14,628 nucleotides of DNA from Gemmatimonadota bacterium (GCA_038128265.1 JAYPJE010000038.1:27109-41736), one strand, 5' to 3'. Shown: positions 1 to 8,696, counted from the first letter of the stretch. The notes: a model not told the origin generated them from the sequence alone. A program made the numbers and translations.

Positions 1-126
1 CCACTGCGAGCCGATGGCGGCAGGTTCAGCGACCTCGGCGGCCAACGCGCCGGGGGCAACGCCAACTATGAGCGCAGCACACAGCCCTACGCTATTCGAC
101 CTGCAGCGATGCCTCCAGCCCTTCAA
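1..126 (-). CDS. 5' end of a probable secreted protein (truncated by the left window edge), third gene of the TPR-CRTAC1 operon
   Basis: Not in ORF track. TTG at 126-124 overlaps the upstream TGA stop (TTGA coupling) and has GAGGA 6 nt upstream. Open to position 1: MKGWRHRCRSNSVGLCAALIVGVAPGALA-AEVAEPAAIGSQW, i.e. basic n-region, hydrophobic h-region and A-L-A cleavage site. Confidence 0.7.
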   Translation of the reverse strand, partial: MKGWRHRCRSNSVGLCAALIVGVAPGALAAEVAEPAAIGSQW

Positions 127-1778
127 CGCATTTCCTCTCTAACGACAAGGGTCTGATCAGCCGGCACATCAAGCAGCGTTTGCACCCGTCCGCTGGGCCA
201 GCGCACCTCCAATGTATCGACTGCGGAATTTCTCCCCAAACCCAGCGTCAACTGCACGGCATTTGAACCCATATAGCCGTAGCTGCGACGAATTTCGCGC
301 GTCTGTACGAGCGATCCGGACACGGCGCGCACGCGCGCCCCAATGCCTTCGCGATTGCTGTCTGTGCCGACGACATGCACCTTGAGATAGCGGTTGGCGT
401 TGCCGCCATCGTTGCGCAATAGCGTAGACGGCCCATCCGAATCCGAGACAAAGATATCGACGTCACCGTCGTTGTCGTAGTCCCCCATAATCGCGCCGTG
501 GCTGACGCGAGCGACCCGCATGCCCGCGCCGCTAGTGGTGCTGACATCTACAAATTCGCCCTTGCCGTCGTTGCGAAACAGCTGGTTGGACTGCGCATAG
601 GTAGTTGCCGGATCGTAATCCTGGACGTTTTCATCGAGGTGCCCATTGCTGACGAATACGTCCAAGAACCCATCGTTATCATAGTCGATAAAAGACGCCG
701 TCATTCCCAGGAACGGCACGCTGGCAATGCCCAAATTAGCGGCAAAGGTCACATCGGTGAAAAAACCGTCGCCGTCGTTGTGGTAGAGCGTATTGGGCAA
801 CCACTGGAAGGTAGCCACGATGATATCCAGCAAGCCGTCGTTGTCGTAGTCGCCCCAATCCGCACCCATTGCCGATTCGGCTAGGCCCTCTTCGTTATAA
901 GCGACACCGGCGATAGCACCCTCTTCGACGAAGGTACCGTCGCCCTGATTGACAAAGAGAAAGTTGGGGCGCTTGTCGTTAGCTACAAATAAATCGGCAT
1001 CGCCATCGCCGTCGTAGTCACCAAAAACGGCAGCCAGCTGCCGGCCGCTGTCGTCGTCTAAGCCCGCGCTCGCCGTCACGTCGACAAAGGTGCGCGCGCC
1101 ATCGTTGCGATACAGCACACCCGCCTGTCCCGGATAGGTATTGGGACCGCAATAGATCGGCACTTCGCCGGCAAAACAGCCCTTATTATCGGCTGGATCG
1201 AACAGCATGTAATTGGCGACATAGAGATCGACGTCGCCGTCGTTGTCGTAGTCGACAAAGGCCGGATGCGTTCCCCAACCCGCATCTCCCGTATTGGTTT
1301 GCTCTGTTATGTCGGCAAATACGCCGCTGCCATCGTTATCATAGAACACGTTGGTTCCGTAGTTAGCCAAGTACAGATCCGGGTCGCCATCGTTGTCGTA
1401 GTCGCCCACAGCAGCACCCATGCCGAAGCCTTCATCGCCAATACGCGCCCGCGCCGTGTCGTCGAAAAACGTGCCGTCACCGCGATTGCGGTAGTGTCGA
1501 TTTGGGCCGGTCGGGCCAGCGTAGTCCGGCAGGGCGGCGCCGTTAACTACGTAGAGGTCGAGCAAGCCGTCGCCGTCAGCATCAAAGAACGCGGCACCCG
1601 AACCAACGGCTTCCGCCATGTATTTATGCCCACTGGCGCCGTTTACGTAGTGAAAGTCGATGCCGGCTTCTTCTGTCACATCGACGAACTGCGGCAGCTG
1701 CGCGCGCAGCGGTACAGCGCTGAGTAAGAGCGCACAGTAAGTCAACCAGCGCCTCGCCCGCCGTAACACTATCGTCAT
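123..1778 (-). CDS. CRTAC1-family secreted protein (FG-GAP/VCBS beta-propeller + C-terminal ASPIC/UnbV domain)
   Basis: Signal peptide (MTIVLRRARRWLTYCALLLSAVPLRA), then FVDVTEEAGIDF; multiple D-Y-D-N-D-G-x-x-D-L/I repeats with LYRNDG/FxDVT blades; C-terminal NREGIGARV...TLGLG...VDTLEVRWPSG typical of ASPIC/UnbV. Start overlaps the upstream stop (ATGA, 1775-1778). Confidence 0.92.
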   Translation of the reverse strand: MTIVLRRARRWLTYCALLLSAVPLRAQLPQFVDVTEEAGIDFHYVNGASGHKYMAEAVGSGAAFFDADGDGLLDLYVVNGAALPDYAGPTGPNRHYRNRGDGTFFDDTARARIGDEGFGMGAAVGDYDNDGDPDLYLANYGTNVFYDNDGSGVFADITEQTNTGDAGWGTHPAFVDYDNDGDVDLYVANYMLFDPADNKGCFAGEVPIYCGPNTYPGQAGVLYRNDGARTFVDVTASAGLDDDSGRQLAAVFGDYDGDGDADLFVANDKRPNFLFVNQGDGTFVEEGAIAGVAYNEEGLAESAMGADWGDYDNDGLLDIIVATFQWLPNTLYHNDGDGFFTDVTFAANLGIASVPFLGMTASFIDYDNDGFLDVFVSNGHLDENVQDYDPATTYAQSNQLFRNDGKGEFVDVSTTSGAGMRVARVSHGAIMGDYDNDGDVDIFVSDSDGPSTLLRNDGGNANRYLKVHVVGTDSNREGIGARVRAVSGSLVQTREIRRSYGYMGSNAVQLTLGLGRNSAVDTLEVRWPSGRVQTLLDVPADQTLVVREEMR

Positions 1779-3040
1779 TGCTCCCTCCGAGCCTGTGCGG
1801 CGATGTCTTCTGCAACGGCCAAATTGCGCTGCAGGGTAGCATTTTGTGGATCGTGGCGCAGACCGCTGCGAAAGCTGGCCATCGCGCGATCAAAGCGCTT
1901 TTGCAGCATCTGCGCATTGCCCAGCGCCAGGTGAGCAAGCACGTAGGTCGAATCGGCCCGCAGCGCCCGTTGAAACAGGCGCACGGCCTGGTCTAACGCA
2001 CCGTTGCGCATATACAGATTACCCAAGTTGTGATACGACGGCGCAAAAGACGAATCGCGCGCAATAGCCTGTAGGTAGCGCGCGTGTGCCTCCGACCATT
2101 GTCCGCGCTGGCCGTACACAATCGCCAAGTCGTGGTACACCGTCGCACTATCGGGATATGTCATCAGCGTATTGAGCAAGATTGAAATGCGATTCTCCTG
2201 TTCTTCCAGCGATTTATAGAGGGCCAGTTGGCGCCGCCCCTCGCCTTTGTCCCCCATGCGCAACAAGCTATTGCCCAGGTTAAAGCGCGCGCGCGCAAAG
2301 AGCGAATCGAGCCCCACTGCGCGTTCAAACGCCAGGGCCGCCTCCGCATAGTCGCGGCGCTGGTAGTGGCTGCGCCCCAGTCCATTATAAAAGCGCGCCG
2401 CCGTCGAATCCGATGCCACCGCCCGGCGGAACGCCTCCTCGGCCTCGGCGTAGGCATTCTGCTTTAGATAGACTTCACCGAGATTAAACCAGGCTTCGGC
2501 GTAGTCGGGCACAGCGGCAAGCGCGCGACGCTGTGCGGCAATCGCCGCCTCGTAGTCTCCCTGGCGAAATCGCATCAGCCCAAGCACCATGTGGGCCCAC
2601 GCATAATCTGGGCGGTCGCGCACAGCACGCTCGAGCTGCTCTAAGGCCTCGGCCGGTCGATCGAGACGCGTCAGCAGCACGGCCAACTCCGTGCGCGCTT
2701 TGGCAAAATCGGTCTGCATCTCGATAGCCTGCTCGTAGACGCGCACCGCAGCCGGCAGTTCCTGGTTTAGCGCGTGTGCTTCGGCGAGCTTCCGATACAG
2801 TTCGGGCGTTGCGCTCAGCGCGCCCGATGCGCGGCCATAGGACTGCACGGCTTCCCCGTAGCGACCAGCACGCATCAGCTTATCACCGCGCTCTTCGTCC
2901 AGCTGCGCGCGCCCCACCGGCACGGCGCGACTAGCCTGTTCAGAGGGTGGTACGTCTTGTGCACAACCGAGCAAAAGCGCCGTCAATAGCAGCCAAGCGG
3001 CGCGCAAAGAGAAGTCTGGCAATTTGGAAATGGCAACCAT
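1775..3040 (-). CDS. Tetratricopeptide-repeat (TPR) protein, probable lipoprotein
   Basis: Many TPR units (AEAWFNLGEVYLKQNAYAEAEEAFRRAV; APSYHNLGNLYMRNGALDQAVRLFQRAL). Start revised from 3259 to the ATG at 3040, giving MVAISKLPDFSLRAAWLLLTALLLG-C with a lipobox-like LLGC. The ORF-track N-terminal extension is Cys-rich, looks non-coding and contains a promoter. Confidence 0.88.
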   Translation of the reverse strand: MVAISKLPDFSLRAAWLLLTALLLGCAQDVPPSEQASRAVPVGRAQLDEERGDKLMRAGRYGEAVQSYGRASGALSATPELYRKLAEAHALNQELPAAVRVYEQAIEMQTDFAKARTELAVLLTRLDRPAEALEQLERAVRDRPDYAWAHMVLGLMRFRQGDYEAAIAAQRRALAAVPDYAEAWFNLGEVYLKQNAYAEAEEAFRRAVASDSTAARFYNGLGRSHYQRRDYAEAALAFERAVGLDSLFARARFNLGNSLLRMGDKGEGRRQLALYKSLEEQENRISILLNTLMTYPDSATVYHDLAIVYGQRGQWSEAHARYLQAIARDSSFAPSYHNLGNLYMRNGALDQAVRLFQRALRADSTYVLAHLALGNAQMLQKRFDRAMASFRSGLRHDPQNATLQRNLAVAEDIAAQARREQ

Positions 3041-3088
3041 CAACGAGGGGGTGTATAGCGTTAAAACGAGCGGGGTTTGTATGCATTT

Positions 3089-3117
3089 AATATAGCCAAA
3101 GCACCGCACACAGACAA
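3089..3117 (-). promoter_or_regulatory. Putative sigma70-type promoter of the TPR-CRTAC1 operon
   Basis: Minus strand TTGTCT (3117-3112) - 17 nt - TATATT (3094-3089), about 50 nt upstream of the ATG at 3040. Confidence 0.55.
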
Positions 3118-3329
3118 CGAACGCATGCATAGGGCAGTACCGCGTCGCACAGCAGCAAGGCCGGAGCCCATGGCACAATGGCCGAGCAGCAGCTGATCGC
3201 TTAGCTTTGACCTCTGTCTTGGCAGAGCACACCGCCCAACAGTGGGCACAGGCCCACACTATATAGCCAAGACCTTAGACAAAAGGATTTCTCTACCTAC
3301 ACCAACGCGGTCACTTCGGAGGATGAGCA

Positions 3330-3656
3330 ATGAGCGGCTGGATCGGCGTGGATTTAGACGGCACCCTAGCACACTACGATGATTGGCGCGGCCCCGAACA
3401 TATAGGCGATCCCATACCCGCCATGCTGGATCGCGTGCGCGCGTGGCTAGCCGAGGGCAAAAAAGTCAAGCTATTCACCGCGCGGGCCTCTGTGCCCGCC
3501 TATGTTCCTCCCATTGCAGCGTGGCTGCGCAAGCACGACTTGGGTGCACTGGAAATAACCTGCGTAAAAGACTTTGCTATGATTGAGCTGTGGGACGACC
3601 GCTGCGTGCAGGTTATTCCAAACACGGGCGTTCCGGTACTTATGGAAGGGCTATAA
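3330..3656 (+). CDS. Small capless (C0) HAD-superfamily phosphatase-like protein
   Basis: SD GGAGG at 3318-3322 before the ATG. HAD motif I WIGVDLDGTL, motif II FTAR, motif III Lys (CVKD) and motif IV WDDR all within 108 aa. Confidence 0.85.
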   Translation: MSGWIGVDLDGTLAHYDDWRGPEHIGDPIPAMLDRVRAWLAEGKKVKLFTARASVPAYVPPIAAWLRKHDLGALEITCVKDFAMIELWDDRCVQVIPNTGVPVLMEGL

Positions 3657-3688
3657 AAGCCAGCAACGGCAGGCCCGGTTCGTGGGAT

Positions 3689-5896
3689 TCAGCGCGCCTG
3701 CACCTGTTCAATATGCCATTCTGGGTGGCGACTCATCTGCAGCGCGGCATGGGCGAAAAACGGGTAGACGCTCCACTCGACGCAGCCGATCAGATCGGGC
3801 TTACCGTCGCCGTTGACGTCTCCGGGCCATGCGCTGGGCCCGTGGATAGTAAAGGCCAGCGGATCGCCATAGCAGCACATTTGCTGCGGCTGGGCAAAGA
3901 TTGGTTTCTCGCGCGAGCCAACATTGCGCACTAGGTATATTTCGCCCGTACCGGCCAGGCTGTAGATCAAATCGCTCAGGCCGTTGCCGTCCCAATCTAC
4001 GGCGCGAAACGACTCGGTCCAGTGCTTTTGACGACCTACGACCGCATCGCATAGCACGCGTCCGTCTTCCAACAGCACCGGCCCCTCTCGGCGCACGCGC
4101 AGCGCGCCGCTAGCGTCGCGATACTGCACAAAGAGTGCTGCCTTGCGCTCATCATCGTGAGTTATAAAATCCGTCAGGCCATCGCCGTTCCAGTCGGCAA
4201 AAGCTGACCCCGTACGCCAAAAAAAGGGCGCGTGCTCATCGCGCGGATAGGGGTGGTTAGCCAACGATGGATCGAGCCCCGCGCGCCCCGATGCCGCGCG
4301 CAATGCCGGTGAATCGGCAAAACCCTCCACTTCGATAAACTGACGCGCAGCAAAGCGCGGCGTCTGCGGCGTGCCGACATTTGCATACCAGGCGATGCGA
4401 TTGGTCTCATTGGGCAACATCAAGTCCGGCCGGCCGTTGCCGTTCCAATCGACCCAAACCGGGTAGGGATATCCCATATTATGCCAGTGCTCACCTCCCA
4501 ACAGCTCGTCGCGCAGAATCCGGATTGGCTCGCCGTCGGCGTAGATCAGCTGCGGCTCTTGCCAAACGGGCCGTGCGTTGGTGCCGCTGTTTAGCGCAAC
4601 GCGCGGCCAGCCGTAGCCGCCGCCGACGAGCAAGTCCAACACGCCATCGCCGTCCCAGTCGCATAGACACGGCCACGCCTGGTCGCTCCAAGACAGCACC
4701 GCCGACGGCGACTGCAGGCGCTCGGCTCCGGCAAAGCAAGGCCGTCCGCCTAGCTCGCCCTCATACGGGTAAAAGCGCAAATCCTGATAGGCATTACCCT
4801 GCACCAGCAGGCCGCTGCGTTTACCGTCGTTAACAAAACGTAGCTGCGTGCAGCTGTCTTCCGGCCCAATCAGATCGAGTACCTCTCCATCGGCGAAAGC
4901 GCCGCAGCCAAGTGCACGGTGCCAACGGAGCGAGCGTGCAAAACGCCACGGCCCGACATCGAGCGACAGCATCTCGACTGTATCTCCGCACGCAAAGAAT
5001 GCCACGCGTTGACCTGCACCCAGGTCGACGGGCGCGGCTGCGATAGGAGGCCAGCCGTTCGGATTTTCGTTGCGCAGCCAGTGACCGTTGACGACCAAGT
5101 CGGGCACGCCATCGCCGTCGACGTCGACCCACTGCACATCGACGATGTCGTCGAAAGGCACTTCGATAGAGGGACCGCGCCAGAAGATGGGCCAACCGCC
5201 GCCGTCGCGCTCGTCCGACTGCAAAAAGAATTCGACACGGCCCGAGCTGCGTTCGGAAAAGACAATATCGATGCGGCCGTCGCCGTCGATATCGGCAAAG
5301 TCTGCGCATTGATAGACGCCGGCAAAGTGCTGCAATGCGCTCCCTTCCCCATCGCGGAAGCGCAGGCGCACCATATCGCCGAAACACAAATCACCTGCAC
5401 TGCGCGGGTAGCACACCACGCCACTGATGGGATCTCCCGGACGCCGGTAGTAGTTCCAGCAGCCGAGCAGGTCGACGCGCTCTTCGCCCGTCCAGTCGGC
5501 CAACTGCATCGAGCCACCCAGGGTCAGCGGACGCGGACTTCCGGCGTTGTAGCGCAACAGGTCACCCGTGCCCACCAGCGGCACGTGCGCCTGGGGCAGC
5601 GGTCGGCAGCGCTGGGGACGCATGCGAAAGGAAACAGCGTAGCTTCTGTGCAGAGGGTCGGCGATGGCCCACTCGAGGCGACCGACGTCGCCGTGGGCAA
5701 ACTCTTCACCGCGCGCAAACTCTACGCGCTGTCCGGTTGTTAGATTGACAATTTCAACGGAGTCGAGATCCACGGCACCGCCAACGCCAACGCTCAGCGC
5801 AACATCGGCTAAGTCGACGCGTGGGGCGAAAGGTATTAACCCGAGATCTCCCGGTAGAAGCGTGTCGATATCGAGTCGGAAGTGTACCGTGCGCAT
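3689..5896 (-). CDS. FG-GAP/VCBS-repeat beta-propeller protein, no evident signal peptide
   Basis: Repeated D-W/I/V-D/N-G-D/N-G-x-x-D-L motifs (ADIDGDGRIDIV, CDWDGDGVLDLLVG, VDWNGNGRPDLM, ADWNGDGLTDF, VDWDGNGLSDL, GDVNGDGKPDL), several followed by N-x-G-T/S-x-x-x-P-x-F/W. No clear SD, so the start is less certain. Confidence 0.88.
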   Translation of the reverse strand: MRTVHFRLDIDTLLPGDLGLIPFAPRVDLADVALSVGVGGAVDLDSVEIVNLTTGQRVEFARGEEFAHGDVGRLEWAIADPLHRSYAVSFRMRPQRCRPLPQAHVPLVGTGDLLRYNAGSPRPLTLGGSMQLADWTGEERVDLLGCWNYYRRPGDPISGVVCYPRSAGDLCFGDMVRLRFRDGEGSALQHFAGVYQCADFADIDGDGRIDIVFSERSSGRVEFFLQSDERDGGGWPIFWRGPSIEVPFDDIVDVQWVDVDGDGVPDLVVNGHWLRNENPNGWPPIAAAPVDLGAGQRVAFFACGDTVEMLSLDVGPWRFARSLRWHRALGCGAFADGEVLDLIGPEDSCTQLRFVNDGKRSGLLVQGNAYQDLRFYPYEGELGGRPCFAGAERLQSPSAVLSWSDQAWPCLCDWDGDGVLDLLVGGGYGWPRVALNSGTNARPVWQEPQLIYADGEPIRILRDELLGGEHWHNMGYPYPVWVDWNGNGRPDLMLPNETNRIAWYANVGTPQTPRFAARQFIEVEGFADSPALRAASGRAGLDPSLANHPYPRDEHAPFFWRTGSAFADWNGDGLTDFITHDDERKAALFVQYRDASGALRVRREGPVLLEDGRVLCDAVVGRQKHWTESFRAVDWDGNGLSDLIYSLAGTGEIYLVRNVGSREKPIFAQPQQMCCYGDPLAFTIHGPSAWPGDVNGDGKPDLIGCVEWSVYPFFAHAALQMSRHPEWHIEQVQAR

Positions 5897-5951
5897 ATAG
5901 ATCGATACGGGGTGGGGTTCAATCTGGTTGCGGCGATCGCCGACACACCAA

Positions 5952-8696
5952 CTAGGTGCTTTCGACCAATTCTAGCAGATCGCTGCTGCGAAAGGGTTTG
6001 GTTAGAAAGTAATCCATGCCCGCTTCCTCGCACGCCTGGCGATCCTCGTCCATTGCATTGCCCGTAAGCGCGGCAATTTTTAGTGGAAGCATCTGCTCTG
6101 CGTGCTCGCGCTGCCGAATGATCTGTACCGCTTCAATGCCTCCCATTTCGGGCATCTGCAAGTCCATCAACACCACGTCGAATGCACGGTCTGCATCCAA
6201 CGTCTCCAGCGCTACCCGGCCGTTGTCGACGATGACCACCTCGTGGCCGCGCTTTTCTAATATGCTCTGAGCAATTTTTTGGTTTACCAACATATCTTCC
6301 ACTAACAGAACTCTGCGCGATTTGTCCGACAGCGCACCACGCACGCCGCTGCTACCTTTCTCAAGCGGCGATTGCTGGACACGCTCTCGATCAAATGCCG
6401 CCGTAACGTAGAACGTGCTGCCAACCCCTTCTTCGCTCTCGAGCCATATCTCGCCTCCCATCGCTTCCACAATCTGGCAGCAGATGGCCAGTCCGAGTCC
6501 GGTGCCGGGAAACTCGCGCGTCATCGATGTATCAACCTGCGTGAAAGCCTCGAACACAATGGACTGTTTGTCGACGGGAATACCGATACCCGTATCTGCG
6601 ACTGTGAAGCGCAACGCGTCGCTTTGCGCATTCGATTCTACCACCTCAACTTCTACGCGAACCGAACCTGCACGGGTGAATTTTATCGCATTGCCAAGCA
6701 GATTAATCAACACCTGGCGCAGACGCCCAGCGTCGCCAGCGTAGTAGTTGGCAACAGCCTTGTCTACGCTCCAAGTTAACTGCAGGGCCTTTTCTTCGGC
6801 CAGGTTATTCACCGTATCTACTGCAAACTGGACGCATTCACGCAGCGCAAAGGGCGCGCGCTCCAACTGCAGAGCAACGCGCTCGGCACGCGAGAAGTTC
6901 AGTATATCGTTAATCAATTGCAGCAGGCCATCCGCCGAGTTGTATACCACCTTGAGTTGATCGCGCTGACTCTCGTTTAATTCGGTATCCAACAGGATTT
7001 CCGTCATGCCCAATACGGCGCTCATCGGCGTGCGAATCTCGTGGCTCATATTTGCCAAGAATGCGCTCTTTACCGCAGAAGCCGCCTCGGCTTTGTCTCT
7101 GGCCACGCGCAGTTCTTCTTCCGTGCGGCGATGATCTTCCACTTCTTGACTGAGCTCTTGCAGGTGCAATTCGACAGCGCGAATGTCGTCCCAGCGCTGG
7201 AAGGACTCCGACAGCAAATTAGCCATCAGCTGTACACACTCTTTTTCAAAATCGGGGAACGCATTGTCTTGCGGGCTGCCCACCGTCAACGTACCGTGCG
7301 AAAACGACACGTCAATAACTGAACGGACCTCCTCCCCATACTGTCCTACCAACGCATGGTGCTCTGTGCACAGATCGTCTGCGCGCAGGTCAGGCCAATA
7401 ATAGCACTCGCCTGATCGCCATAGATCGGCGCGTGCAGGGTCCTCTTCCGGACGGCGCACCTGCACGACAAACCCATTCCTACTTGCGTTCAAGTCCTGC
7501 AGCACATCTACTAAGAGCGTCGGATTCCTTGCAAATATATTGAGCGTGCAATGGGCCAAAGACACACCCAGCGATTGCAGCGAGAAAAAGGCCCACTGCA
7601 ATACGCCACCGATGTCCTGGCTGCGTTCCATACTCCAGATTTGCTCGCGCATAGATCGAGCCAAATTGGCTATCGTTTCTTCATTCTTGCGCTCGCTGAT
7701 GTCCTGCAACATCACCATCGACCCACACGGCTCCCCGTCCTCGCCACGTAGGGTAAAGAGCGTCACTTCGCACGGACGACCAGATGTGCCTATAGTCAAC
7801 TCCACCCTCTCCATATTGTCGCCCTGACCGTCCATCCAAGCAGAAATTTCCGGAGCCACGTTATCTAAACTGCTTCCGATCAGCACATCGTCCCCGCCCA
7901 GTATGTCCACACTGGCCGGATTTGCATCGACTACGCGTTGTTCGTTGTCGAACACCACTACCGCATAGCTCATACTGTCTATAAGCAAATCGCGAGCGAT
8001 CGGCGTCAGGTCAAAGACGCGAAAGCTCAAGAGCGACCAGCTAAACAGCACACCCGTGGAGACGAAAGAAAGCGGCGTCAAATCAACAAAGGGCAAGGGG
8101 TTAAATGGAGACAGGTAAAATGCGTTGGCCAACCAGGGAATGCTCAATGCGGCAATGCTCACAGCCGCCTGTTTGCGATGCAAGCCCTGGGAAGCCCTGT
8201 ATGTGCGCGCCATGATGATGAGCGATGCGGCCATCAGCACGTAGGAGTAAATGGCGTGTATCCAGAATCCAGTGCCACTGCTCATTGAAAATGCGACGAA
8301 GTCGGCCGATTCGACTCGGTCGATGCTCTGCCAGTAGAATGAGTGCAATGGATCGTACCACACCATGACCAGTGTGGCCAATGGCTCGACCAGCAACCAA
8401 CTATAGTCGCGCCAGCGCACAGACCGGCCGCTGAACTCTAGGACGAAGAGGAGAAGAGACGCCGGAACCAACACGACGCCCAAGTAGAGGACCTTTGTGA
8501 AAAAAAGCTTGTTTTGCAGCGATACGGCCGCTACTTCCAATGCCGCTCCCAGCGACCACAGCAATACACCCAACATGAGCAGCCATAGCGGACGCCCTCC
8601 CCGACTGGCACGCCGGGGCCAGACATAGGCGCAAACGACCAGCGACAGCAGGGTCGCAACACCCAGCGGCAGGTTGTAGGAAGTGTATTGCCACAT
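5952..8696 (-). CDS. Membrane hybrid sensor histidine kinase: HisKA_7TM-like N-terminus + PAS + GAF-like + HisKA + HATPase_c + REC
   Basis: About 7 hydrophobic helices ending in PFVDLTPLSF...FRVFDLTPIARD (HisKA_7TM signature); PAS (VVVFDNEQRVVDANP...QDISERK); H-box FLANMSHEIRTPM; N-box RLRQVLINLLGNAIKFT; DTGIGI and GTGLGLAI G-boxes; receiver VLLVED...VLMDLQMP...LTKPF. Confidence 0.93.
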   Translation of the reverse strand: MWQYTSYNLPLGVATLLSLVVCAYVWPRRASRGGRPLWLLMLGVLLWSLGAALEVAAVSLQNKLFFTKVLYLGVVLVPASLLLFVLEFSGRSVRWRDYSWLLVEPLATLVMVWYDPLHSFYWQSIDRVESADFVAFSMSSGTGFWIHAIYSYVLMAASLIIMARTYRASQGLHRKQAAVSIAALSIPWLANAFYLSPFNPLPFVDLTPLSFVSTGVLFSWSLLSFRVFDLTPIARDLLIDSMSYAVVVFDNEQRVVDANPASVDILGGDDVLIGSSLDNVAPEISAWMDGQGDNMERVELTIGTSGRPCEVTLFTLRGEDGEPCGSMVMLQDISERKNEETIANLARSMREQIWSMERSQDIGGVLQWAFFSLQSLGVSLAHCTLNIFARNPTLLVDVLQDLNASRNGFVVQVRRPEEDPARADLWRSGECYYWPDLRADDLCTEHHALVGQYGEEVRSVIDVSFSHGTLTVGSPQDNAFPDFEKECVQLMANLLSESFQRWDDIRAVELHLQELSQEVEDHRRTEEELRVARDKAEAASAVKSAFLANMSHEIRTPMSAVLGMTEILLDTELNESQRDQLKVVYNSADGLLQLINDILNFSRAERVALQLERAPFALRECVQFAVDTVNNLAEEKALQLTWSVDKAVANYYAGDAGRLRQVLINLLGNAIKFTRAGSVRVEVEVVESNAQSDALRFTVADTGIGIPVDKQSIVFEAFTQVDTSMTREFPGTGLGLAICCQIVEAMGGEIWLESEEGVGSTFYVTAAFDRERVQQSPLEKGSSGVRGALSDKSRRVLLVEDMLVNQKIAQSILEKRGHEVVIVDNGRVALETLDADRAFDVVLMDLQMPEMGGIEAVQIIRQREHAEQMLPLKIAALTGNAMDEDRQACEEAGMDYFLTKPFRSSDLLELVEST

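Noticed and set aside
466..1403. Recurrent 17-nt sequence CCGTCGTTGTCGTAGTC (466, 835, 1237; variant at 1387) as a CRISPR or DNA repeat
   Set aside because: Spacing is irregular and long; each copy simply encodes the DYDNDG FG-GAP motif in the CRTAC1 gene.
3041..3259. 73-aa Cys-rich N-terminal extension of the TPR ORF in the ORF track
   Set aside because: Composition is unlike the real genes, it would bury the lipoprotein signal, and a well-spaced promoter lies inside it. The ATG at 3040 is preferred.
3330..3656. Prophage or mobile element around the HAD gene
   Set aside because: No integrase, transposase, structural genes or att-like repeats flanking the gene.
4381..5743. Long overlapping/antisense ORFs (e.g. 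4919-5743 +, 4870-5517 -, 4830-5387 -)
   Set aside because: Shadow ORFs expected from high-GC codon bias over the FG-GAP gene; Arg/Ala/Pro-rich with no motifs.
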